From NCBI GenBank assembly GCA_036172245.1, contig JAYWIR010000012.1:2356001-2420000 (forward strand): DNA of 64,000 bases, written 5' to 3'. Below the pieces are notes generated by a model, which did not search any database, had not been told where the DNA came from, and saw only the letters and a list, made by a program, of their open reading frames with translations. Positions 11,901-23,900 of this stretch are shown here, piece after piece. A program made the position numbers and the translations under genes. Position 1 is the first letter of the stretch, and every line of letters begins with the position of its first letter. Origin of the DNA: Raillietiella orientalis (Eukaryota).

Positions 11901-14900
11901 TCTCGGTCACTGTGCAAGGAAATCCGGCCCTGGGAGGCTCGGAGCTCGGCTAAGGGCTCGGAGTCCGTTCCTCTCACGCCTGGGGAGGGATATTCTACCC
12001 TTCCGGGAAGGGGGTGTGGGATCGCACCTCCATCCTGGTTGTCTCCGAAGGGGAACCCCGAAGGGAATCTCCTTCTTCATTTTCTCCGGAAGGACACCTC
12101 CCTGGAAGGGTGGTCCTCTCCATTTCATCTTCTCCGAAGGGAACCCAGAAAGAATCCGCTAGTAGGAATTTCTTCTCCTGGGGGAACCCGCAAGGAAACC
12201 TCTCCTGTTTACTCCTCTGAAGAGAACCCCGAAGCAATCCTTCCGAAATTCAGAAGGGGCGCTGCTTTCCCAGAGGGAACGCTCTCTCTTCCTTGCACTC
12301 TCTGGAGAGGTGGCGACGCACCTGCTCCGTCAGCACGACTCGGAGGGGAGGGCCCTGCATTGGAGGGGGGGAGAGACTCTCCTTTAACAACTTCTGGAGA
12401 GGTGCCTTTAAACGCACCTGCTCCATCTGAACGAACTGGGGGGTCCCCCAGTGTGGGGGGTCCGCTCTCCATTACACGACCGGAGAGGGAACTCACCACG
12501 CCTTGATTCCTGGAAGGACCTGAAGGTCGACCCCCATTGTTCGGCCTTCATCGGAGGCCTCCGATTTGAACTGCTACCAGTGCCACGCCCGAATGTCTCG
12601 ACCAACCAGCGCCATTTCAGGAGAAACTCGGAACCCTACGACGCAGTGGCGTCAGAGTTTCATGCCGGAGTATTCGGACCCGCGACTCATGGTACCACGT
12701 GCGGAAGCCTTAACCACAAAGCCTCCGACGCGGGCGGCCCTTATCGCCAAGAGGCATCACGAGGCCTGGCTCAAACGAAGAGGGTGGCAGCGTGGCTGCG
12801 GTCTTCGCGCATGGTACCGAGTGTCGCGCGGGTTCGAATCTCACCTGGAAAAGGATCGGAAACGGGGGCTGCGTCGTGGGTTTCAATTCCCCCATCTCCC
12901 TGTCTTCGGAGGATGACGATGGTTGCTCTGTTAGCTTCGATGGAAACCGAATGCCCCGCTAACTGGACGGTATTGGAATTTGATCCTCCGGGATCCTTCA
13001 GGGAATGAAAGAGTTGTGAAAACGACTTCGTCCCTCCCCTGGGAAAAAGACTTCCATCGCGTACCATGGGGCTGGTTGATGCTACCCCTTTAGGGGAGTT
13101 GCCTCTCCAGAGTGTAAGAAGTGCCCTTTGGAGTCCCCTTTATAGGAGAAGACAAGGAGCGGCACTCTTGCGGGCTCTTTCCGGAGAAGAAATTCTAGGA
13201 GCGGACCCTCTCCGGGGCTCCCTCCAAAGACCATCAGGGCTATTTAGGGTTTCCTTCGGGGTTGCTTCCCAAGAGTAACAGAACAATGGATTCCTTCCTC
13301 CAGAGCCTTCCTGGATTCCATAGGGTGGCCCCAACGGGGTCACCACCATCTATAACTTGAAGTCACACGCGCCCTAGGGTGGAGAAGACGGTGCTTCAAG
13401 AGCTTCGTAAGCCCTTCCTTAGGAGACGAGCGGTTCTTCAGCACTACTTGGGAACCAAAAGAAAGGAAACACGAAAAAAAAAGCTGGGGAAGAACCTCAA
13501 AGGGCTTCTATCATCTTAGATCAATGGTGACGATCTCTCCGTGAAGTCGCTGCTCGACTCTTTTTTTTAAACAAAAGAAAAAAAAATAGTACGCTGCAAA
13601 AAAAACAGCATCTGGTGGTCCATAACCAACTGGTGCCGGAGATCGTCTAGAAACAGCCGGGGCCTGATGCCCCCCTGAACGAGGGGCGGTGCCTTCGCAC
13701 TTGATGTCCTCCTCCCCAGAGAGGCACTGCAGGCAGCCCTAGAGAAAGCGAGGAAGAATGGACAACGGCAGCCGGTCCTCGAGGGGAGTGTCCGCTTTGG
13801 CGGGTGCGTGTCGGTTGCTCCAGGTGCTCGACATTCGCAGGTCAGCGCGTTGGACCCCCGTCCAGTCTCAGGGAGCAGCCCCCACACCGACAAAGACCGC
13901 AGCCTCGTCCCCTTGTGTCGGACGGCAGGAAGTAGATGGGATTGGGGGGGGGGAGAGACAGGTTGCCGCCACTTGCGTTTCCCCGCGCGGAGAGCAGTGC
14001 AAACCGGAAGTTATCCCGGGATCTTCCTATGACCCAGCTGCGCTGCTTCCGTTTCCCTCCCTCTCGCGCGACGGTGCGTCGTCGCGAACGGAAGCAGAAA
14101 CGGGCCGACGCAATTCCCATTCCGTGGATCCTGCGCTGAGGAGCTCGCGTTTCGAGAGCGCGCGACCTGACCCAGCGGGAGTGGATCGTGGGAGCGAGGG
14201 AGGAGGAGGAGAAGGAAGAGGGACATGTCGATGGATGCACGCACTCCTCGGTGCTCTATTCCCTGCTTCGGGGATCGCCGCCCGTTCCCTGGGAAACGGA
14301 AGGAATTCCGGGAACAGGTCGAAGGGCAGGGGGTCAAAAGAGACCACGGCTGCTCTCGCCTGAGCCTGTTCAGCCGCGCTCATCGTATGAGGACTTTTTT
14401 TTCCCCCTCTTTTCCATCTCTTGGCCCCACACAGGACGCTGCAGTGCTACTGCCAGAACGGATACACGGGACTCTCCTGCCAGACGAACTGGAACGACTG
14501 CTGGTCGCAGCCCTGTCTCCATGGAGGTGTCTGCAAGGACGACGTCGCCAAGTTCCAGTGCTCCTGCCTCCCTGGATACGCAGGTCAGTTTCCCTTCTTC
14601 CGGTGTGGATGCGGGAGAGTGGACAGCCACAGGCCTTTGGGAGGAGAGTCCTCGCGTGTAGACGCGACAAAGCACCAAGGAACTGCCGGAAACTTTTCCT
14701 TTTGTTGAAGGAGAAAGGGAGCAGGAGGGAGGTTAAGGGTAAGAAAAGGGGACGCGGATGGGTCGACAAGCAGACTGGAACTTCGGATGGTTCTCTCGGG
14801 AGGCAAATGCCCCAGAAACCTCCTAGGGATAGCTCAGGTAAAGGTTGCGGGAGAAATGGGGTTTCCATGGGTACCATCTGGCTATCGGAGATGATGCGTC

Positions 14901-17900
14901 GGAGGTCCCCTAAGATTGCAGATCCCCATCAGGACTCTCCTTAACTTGCCGTCCCGTTTCCAGGGGAGACGTGTGAAATAAACGTCAACGAGTGCTTCAG
15001 CAACCCCTGTAGAAACAACGGAACCTGTGAGGACGCCGTCGGTGGTTTCACCTGCCACTGCCCCGTGGGCTTTGAAGGTAAACCTTGCATTTCTCTTCCC
15101 CCCAAAGGTTTCTTCCTTCGACGGCGCAAGACAGGAGCGTCTTGTGGATACAAACGAGCACTTACGTGTCGGGCGCGCGCGAACACGACCCCCGTGAGCT
15201 TCCGCGACGGGTGCATCGCAGATTTGTTTTCACAATCCCCCAGCTGCACCCCAGCATCATCCGCCTTCTCTTCGGAACCTGCCTCTGGCAGGGGCGCCAC
15301 GCTCGTGCAGGCGCGGGTCGTCCTCGGAGTCAGCGACTCGCGGATCCCACCTTTGCGTGCGGTTCGCTTTGCCGTCAACGGTGGCGCCGCCGGTCTGGGA
15401 CGAACCCTGGTGATGCGCGCATGCGCGCGCACGCGCAGTTTCTGCATCCTAATGAACTCTGCAGGGTCTTTGGCTTCGCTTCTCAAGCAGCCCCCTGCGA
15501 ACCTTTGCAAACGACTTCGGGCAGTTCGTTCCCGAGCGCAGCGTGCTTGTGTTCACGGAAAGACCAACCTGAGACCCCCTTTCCCTCCCCCTCCCTCCCG
15601 TTCCCTTCTGGAGATGTAAGAAACGTCCCGCGCGCGCAGCCGAGAGGTTGCGTCTGCGATAGGAGGAGGAGGATGTGTGCCTTCTCACCCGATCTTCTTG
15701 TTCAGGCACCCTATGCGAAGAAGACGTCAAGGTGTGCGACTCTGCCGAGGGCGAGAAGTGCCTGAACGGGGGCACCTGCATCGAGAGACACGGTCACCTG
15801 TTCACATGCCAGTGCTTGCCAGGTGACGTATCGACAAGTGCGGCAAGTCAGGCCAGAGTCAGGGAATTTTCCATACGAAGAGGAACGGAAGGTTTCCCTG
15901 CGGCCGGCTAAAGCGACCTGCTGTGCTTCTCCTGCCTGTCAACTTTCATTCGGTCCCGCACACCCCCTCTTCACCTTACTGGCTCCCTGCCGGAAATGTC
16001 ACCCCTCCTCCCCGCGTTCCCTCAGCGTGCAGTCGGCATGACGAGGGACGGGGAGCATTCTCTCTCTCCCCCTTCACCCTCGTCCCACCCTTCTCTTGCT
16101 CTCCACCTCTTTGTCTCTCTGTCTCACAGCGGACTTTGCCCCGCTTTCCAAGGATCCAGAGTCCTTTCTCCCGTGTGTGTGCACTCGAGATCACGTCGGG
16201 AGACGCCCTCGTTCCCGGCTGAAGTCGGCGGCGCCAAGTGACCCGTAAAACCGAAGGTTCTCTTGCAGGCTGGACGGGAGCCAATTGTGAGCAGGACACG
16301 CAGGAATGCTCCTCGCAACCTTGTCTTAACGGAGGAGTCTGCATCGACCTCGTCAACAGCTTCGTATGTTCCTGTCCTTCAGGTAGGAGTGGCCATGGAC
16401 ACTATCAACGCGAAGGTCATCCGGGCATTCGAGAGCTGGGAAAAAGGAAAGGGTCGACAACTGGGTCCCGTCCTCAACGAGAGCTGGGAAAAAGGTCCCC
16501 CCAAAGATCGATTCGGTGATATTTGTAGAACCATTCAACGCTCTTTGTCCACGGCACGCCATTTTCACAACCGGAGGGTAAAAACCCTGAAGAGCTCCTC
16601 GATGTCCTGGAAGGACCTCGGAGGTCAACTTCCAATCCTGGCCACTCAACGGTGCATCCGGTTTTCCGGCTTCCACCAGTGCCTTCGCACCCGATGCCTT
16701 TAGGTCAACCAGTCCACGGGCTTCATATTGCAGGGCACTGGAAACCCACGAGACGCACCCCCCATTCTCGGCGTCGATCCTTCGTCGGACGGGATTCGAA
16801 CCCGCGATGCTTGGCACCACGAGCGGAGGCTGCAGCCACGCGGCTTCTGACGCGGGCCATCACCAGGGTCCTCCAAGACCACGAGCAGTTGGTTTCGTAA
16901 AAGATCAAGCGACGCGTGTCATTGAGCTCCCGGCAACCATCCACGTGTCCCAACCACATGACGGAGGGGGGGGGGGGACGGTGCGGATAGGTCCAGGGCG
17001 GATCGGGGTGGCGGAAGCAGCTGCTCCCGACCGGCGGCCACCAGCAGCAACGTGGCGCAGCGGGGTGGCTGCGAATCCCACTCTGGCAGAACCTCTCAGG
17101 TCAGAGCCCAGAGCAGCAGCCCGGGTGGTTGGAAGAATATTTCGGGAAGGAGAACGGGAAGGAGGAGGCGACCTTATTTCATGGGTGCTTCCTGACCCCT
17201 CACACCCTGATCCGCGCCAAGAACTCTCTCACACCCCAAGACCCTGGCGTTCCCTCGGTCAGCGACCCCCTCCCCCTCTTTGGACCGCCCTCGCTTCGCA
17301 AATGGCCACTCGTTTCAAGAGCGCATCCCGAACGGGTTCCCCTTTAAAAGACTGGCGACGAACTCACGAGAAGTAACTGCTGTTGGCCTACGAAGATGCG
17401 AGCCTCTTGGGTTCTTCTGGTTCCGCTGCCTTCTTTCCAGCTTCCTCTTTTTTTTTTCCTAGTTCCCAAGGAGTGCTGAAGAACCGTCCGCCTCCTTAGG
17501 GAAGATTCACGAAGCTCTTTGACACCGTCCGTGCCACCTGAAGGGGCGTGTCAACTCTTTCAGTTGGGGGGTGCTCCAAAAAGGGACCACCCTATGAATC
17601 CAGGAAGGCTCCGGAGGGAGGAATCCGTTCCTCCTTTACGCTTGGTAGGGGAACCCCGGAGGGAACTCTCTTCTTTGGAGTCTCCTTCGGACAAGAACCC
17701 CTCATTTCTTGTCCGAAGGAAGAAACTCCAAGGGAACTGCTCCTTGTTACTCCTCTCAAGGGAACCCCGATCTCCGGCAATCATCTGCTGGGGCTTCCTT
17801 GGCTCCGTGGATTCTTTTTTACTCTTTTTTTCTGTTTATTCCCCCCCCTTTTCTTCCGTCCACCGTGGACGACAGGAGGATTCGCTACCCGACTCCAGTC

Positions 17901-20900
17901 ATTCCTTGACGGGGAATACGGAGCTGAGCCCCCAAGGGACTGTGTGTCACCCTCTTCCCCCCTCAAGATCTCCCGGGCAGCACGCAGAGCTTTCGACCGG
18001 GCGACTGTCGCTCCCCAATCGATCCCGAAGGGCGAAGCGCGTGCAAAAGACGCCACCGAGAGCGCGGGTCACTTCGAAAGAGGAAGGGACGACAAAGAGA
18101 CAGCGCTGAAGCTACCACATAGGCGGATAGGGGCTCGTCGGGAGGTGAAGGAAAGCAGTCCGCCTGCTTCCGTTGGCCGCGTTCCCAGGAGGACGCCCAC
18201 GTTCTCCTCCTCGGTAGAGTGCAGGAGTGCGGGCGTTCTCTTTAGAGCTTCCGCATTGGATCGATCCTAACGAGGGATCACCCTCCGAGATTCTCGACCG
18301 CTTCCGGTGCCAAGAGTGTGCGACGGAACAAAGGGGTTTCATCGGGGCTGCCGTTGCCGAGCAACGGAGTTCCATTATTCCTATCACCTGTCGTGACGTC
18401 CAGTGGGAGCAAGAAGCCTGTGATTGACGTGTGTCACGAAAGCAGCTGGGCGTTTCCGTGTACGCATGCGTTTTTCGATATGGCGGAAGATGAAACCCCA
18501 TGCATTCTTCGAGATATGTGAGAGAATGAAGCCCCATGCATTCTTCGAGATATGTGAGAGAATGAAGCCCCATGCTCTCTTCAGGATATGGCAGAAGATG
18601 AAGCTCCATGCGTTCTTCGAGATGTGGAGGAAGATGAAGCCTTCTGAATTCGGCTTGTCCGTTGCTTCTGGAGGCCGAAAGTGTTGCTGAATTTGCGGAA
18701 AGGTATGGAGGCGGCGATGACCTCACAGGAAATGAGGAGAGAGACAGCGAAACGAGCTCATGCAGATGAGCTTGCAACATCCGACCTTCACTCTGAGGTT
18801 CAGAGGACCTTAGAAAGGAATTTATAAGGAAAAACTGCCAACGGCAAAGTTCATCTTAGAGTCACAGAATGCAATATAAATAGCTCAGGCTATCTGGCGA
18901 CCGTACACAGTTGTATACAACTGGATTGTATGTGCTGTTTATATTGTGTCCATTACCTTGATCTCTTTTTCTCCCCTTTTTAATGCCACCACAAGCTGAC
19001 GTCGTTATCTGAGTGGAGGCAGGTTTCCGGAACCGTTCTCAATGGCAAGAGTCGGGGGGGGGTCGCTACACCCCATGGACCAATCAGGCCTTCACAACTG
19101 GTTGCGAGGATGGCATGAGGTGGCAGAGTCTCCATGGTCTCTTCTCTCCGAATGCTCTGTGCAAGTGGCTTTCACGTCCCCTGAAACGTGACCCTTCCTT
19201 CGCCTCGAACCGCCAACCGCTCTCCCGTGAGGTCCCAGAAGTGTGAAGAGCCCGCGGCTGCCTAGACACCAGAGAGTCGCAGGGGTGACGAGTGCGCGGA
19301 GAACCCTCGGGTCGCGAGATGAGCAGGTGGGCAACACGAGGGGAGTCACGCCCACAGGAAAGTCGGCACGGGTTGCTGCCGGGGCACTTTCGTCGGTGGA
19401 TTGCCGGTCAGTTCAGGGCGCGCTAAGGTCTCCTGCAGGGCAGGCTGAGGTCGTCCGTGCTCCACCACGTTCATCGGCTGGCGAGCACCTCTCTCCCCCC
19501 TCAAGACAACCCGTCCGTAGAAGGCACTCCCAACTGCCTCCCGAAGGGACAGTCGTGCGAGCCTTTCTCTGGTCCGCGCGGCGATGCCGAATCCGCTCTG
19601 GGCGTGCACAGCTGCGGCGCTGCGGTAGATTCCAGAGCGGACAAATGCCGGCGTCCTCTCGTTCCAGGATGGACTGGGAGGCTGTGCGAGACCCAGGTGC
19701 TGCCGTGCCCTGCGAATCACTGCGAGAACGGCGGACTGTGCTTGCTGGACGAGAAAGGTGCCTCCGTCTGCTACTGCGTTCCGGATTACCATGGAGATCT
19801 ATGCCAGTACCAGTACAACGACTGCCTCGCGCCGTTCACGTAAGCAAACCTTCCTCCTTTGAAGACCCAGGGCACATTTTCCTCTCCCTCCTCAACCCTT
19901 CAAGGAGCGGTGTGCAGACACCGCCGGAACACCGGAATTCTTTGATTCGATTGGTCCTCACTGAAACGCTCGAATTTTTTTTTCCTTCCTTTCCAGCATT
20001 TCGAAGTCCTTTGTGTTGAGGACTTCTTGCTCGATATCGGCCCTCCCAGTCGGCCGACTCTTCCGCTGTTGTCACGGACCGCGCCAGGTTCCTAATCTGC
20101 CTACCTCGGATCCCCAAGACCGCACCGGCCTGAAGGCGGAATCCGTGCTTCCTGGATCCTTTCTCGACGGATCGGGCGCCGATGGTCCTTGCTGCCGTCG
20201 AGGGCGCTCCTGTTGCGCACGAGCGGAGGACCAGAGTTCACGCGGGAGGACATGCACATGTGCGAACGCCACGCGAACGCGGCGGCGGACTCTGAGGTCA
20301 AGCTCCCCTCACGACCGGGAAAGAGGCCTCACAGGATGGGACAAGCCTCCAGGGCGCACGCAGCAGGCAGCAGAGCACCTCCGGCCGCTTCCGGATGCCG
20401 CGAGCGCGTTCTTTCCTGCCGCTTTCCTCACCAGATGGAAGCGGTAGTGGTTCGCAGGTGGCCGGCGAAGAAGCGCCGTGTCACGCGGGAGTCCTCGCAA
20501 ACCGGCCACAAGAGCATGGAATCGCCCTTGGAGATGAACCCACTGTAGCAGGAACTTGGAGGACCCTTTTGGCAGGCTTTCGGGACTGCTGGAATGCAGC
20601 TGCGGCGCTGACGACACGCTTTCGCGCTCCTGGATGCATCCTTCAGGCTCGAACGCCTTGCATTTCTCCCTCAACAGTTCACGCCGAAGGGCATCTTTCA
20701 GGTCGCTCCCCATTCGTTCTCTGGGGAGCAGCGGATTTCGAATGGTCGAAGCTATGGGTCAAGTGCCGTCCCTTACGCAGGCCCAGGCCCTCCTAGATAT
20801 GAGAGTAAGAAACTGCCCTCCATAGAAGGGTTCCTGTTCTCCCTCACGCCCAGTATACCGGGCAGGTGCGTTAATCCATTCGACCGTCAGTCTGCCTGGC

Positions 20901-23900
20901 GGCGGGGAGCTCTGTGCCGCCCAGCTGCACTGCATATCCTTCCGCGGACCGGCCGATTCCCCGCGTCGACCGTGAGGGAGCGACACGGGGAGCCAAGTGA
21001 CCCGCGAGCCGTGCACGTGCCCCAGCTGGTGAGCGGCCTGGTCCGCGAGCGCTCCCTTCCCCGGGAAGCTGACGGGAACGCGAGGGCGGGGATGATCCTC
21101 CCCCGCAGCTTCCGTCGCCTGCACCGTGCTCCATCTCCGGACGAACATCCGCCAGTGCACGACGGGGTGCTCGGGGGCGGGGATGTTTCGGGCAGAGAAG
21201 GGGCGCTTTGCGGACTGGAACCCGAGACCGCCCGTTGGCTCGAACTCGGGTGGCTCCGGAGGCGCGTCCTCGCTGATCTCCCGGAGACCCATCCCGCGTG
21301 GTCTCCGGGAGGTGGAGCGGGCGACGCCGCCGCATCCGTCCTGGAGTGGTTCTGGAGGATCAACGCGTCAATGGGAGCCAACGGACCCCTCAGCTTCCTC
21401 CCGGGAGAGCTCAGGTCCCGATGGTTCACCTCGTGCACTTTAGACCTTGCGGGACGCAACTTCCACGCTTTCGAAGGAGTGGCGCGCGCCCGGCACGGCG
21501 GGAGTCCCCCCTCCTCGGGAAGGACCCGGGTCACGTCCCCATCTCCTGCCCTTCTTGATCGAACCGTCCGCGTCTCATGAGGTAGAGTTGCAAGCAGTGA
21601 TCCGAGATGCACGGCAGTGTAGGTCGCCCCCAGTTCCGAGATCCTACGGTGGAACCCGCTCTTCCGTTCCTTCCCTTAGCTAAAACCGTTCTGGTCCTGG
21701 GAGCGTGGGTGGTCCTCTTCGGCGAGAAGGCGTCCGAAGGGACAGCGCAATCCCAGGCAGCCTCTTCCCGATCGGGACGTTCCTGAGTAGGGAAGCGCCA
21801 CGACCCTTCGCTCCACTTTGATCTTATCCAAAAGGCCGAGAAGCGATTCGCTCCCGTGGCTGGTTCGAGACGAAGTTTCCTCCTGCTCTAGGGTTTCTCC
21901 TCCCTGAGATCCCTGTCCCATGTTTTTCCCATGGGACGAGGCAGCTGGAATTGGGCCTTCCTCCCTCGGTAAGAGAGCCCGAACCTAGGAAGGAGTTTCC
22001 TCGAGAGAGCACCCATGCGTCCGAGGAACGGATCTTGGAGGTCATCCCCTCCTTGGGGAAGGGGGAAGGGAACCCGGAAACCATCACAAGCGGCGTTCCC
22101 GAAAACAACCGGAGAGTACAGTCGCGATCGTGGGGCATTGCCTCGAGGGACGTCCCGAGTCGCGAGCCCAACTTTCGCCTTCCGCATACGGCGCCGCCAG
22201 AGCGCAGTCACCCTACAGGAAGCGAGCACAGAACCATCTCGAAAGAGTTCTGCCAATGACACCTCCCCTCCTTTCCCCTGTCACCTTCCGGCAACTCATG
22301 GGGAAGACCCTTGGGCACCCGTTTCGCTCTCGAGAGAGTTTTCAGAGACCTCGAGCTCCGTCCGCGTCCAGGGCTAAGCCCCGGGCGCGCGGGGCACAGG
22401 ACGACCAAAAAGCCGGTTGCTAAGAGCCACGCGCGTCCAGCATCGGAGCGACCTCTGGGCTGCCGCCGACCTCGGAAAGCTCCTCCACGCCGGAGGGCGT
22501 CCTTCCGTGGACGCCAGGTCCACGGGCGCTTCACTCGGGTCGGTCCTTTCCAGGTGCCTGAACGGCGGCCTCTGCGTCGACGGGGTCAGTGGGTACTCGT
22601 GCAACTGCCCCCCGGGCTTCAGCCGGGACTACTGCGAGTGCGAGCATCGCCCCGAAGGGACCACCTGCCAGGACGTTTCCTACGTGAAAGCGGTGCTGGA
22701 AGCGACCTCTGGTCGCAAGGCGACTCTCGATCCCCATGTGGAGGTCAGTGACCAGGTGGGGGGAGCCGCGTCCATCCTTCAACCGTGGCGCACTCGAGCA
22801 GGTGGCAGTCAATCTCACGAGGTCGACCGGGAGAGACGACCTCCCGAGATGGCGCCTGCACGGAGGGAGTCCCCACGACGGCGACTGCTACGGAGGCCCT
22901 CCGCCCCACTCCAGCCGCCCCTTCCCGGGCAGCGGGGCACCGTCGAAGAGCTCAGCCACCGCACCCGCTGGCGAAGACGAGACCGCCGGTCGCTCCTCCG
23001 CTGTTGCGACGGCGCCGCAGCCGTCCGAGACTTCCGTGATGACGCCGGACGTTCTCTCGGAGGAGGAGGCGAGCGACAGGGAAGCCGCTTCATCACCTCC
23101 GACGCTCCCTGAGAACCAGGGGCGGAGCAGAAGTTCCTCGTCGCTCTCGGGGCTGGACCGAGGTGACGGGAACTCTGCGACCGCCAGGTCCCAAGAAATT
23201 CCGGGAGACGACGACCTCCTGCAGGGCGGGGAAGGCACGCGGACCACAGTCAGCCAGATCCAAGCGTTCACGGCCTCCACGTTCCCGACAACGGAAGCCG
23301 ACGCCAGGGAGACCGCACCCACCCTCCGAGAGCTCCAGACGGTCACCGCGGGGAGCGGGGAGACGCCAGGAGGAGCCATGGGCGGCGGGAAGCCCTGCGA
23401 AAGGGAACTGGCGGGAGAGGGCGCAGACGGTACCCAGGCGACGGGGGATTTCGGCCTCCCAGAGCGCTCGACTTCCAGTGCGTCAACTCCGGACGGGTCT
23501 CTGAGAGCCTCAACGAGACAGCAGGATCCCTTGAATGGGGCGGAGGAAGAAGGCTGGAGCCTTGCCCCATCCTCCCCGCAGGGCAGGCTGGATGCCGCGC
23601 CCGAAACGGCGTCGACATCGGCGTCGTCGATGCACGCGTCCAGTACGACGCCCTTCCCGTTTCCGAGGGCAGGAACTCCAAACGAAGAGGAGGAGGAGTC
23701 CTTCCTCTCCCGCGCTGACAGGATCGACGACCTCACGCTCGCGGGGGGGACGGACGGCTCCACCACCCCTCTCCTGATGACGAGGGGCGACGGGAAAGAG
23801 GAAGCCGCTCCGCAGTGGAGCAGCGATCCGCCCGCGGCTGAGGGGCCGCGGGCGGGTACCACGGGACGTCCGCCAGAGACCACCACGCCACCACAGATCG

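Noticed and set aside
12783..12845. tRNA gene
   Set aside because: A and B boxes are present but there is no complete cloverleaf, and it continues into a shared repeat body, so it is a SINE head.
18465..18642. 36-bp repeats as a CRISPR array or coding repeat
   Set aside because: No spacers, eukaryotic context, and only a short ORF; it is a plain tandem repeat.
14435..22743. EGF exons as Notch or crumbs
   Set aside because: The QTNWNDCWS and CYCVPDYHG motifs, mucin linker, four LamG domains and absence of a transmembrane segment fit eys.
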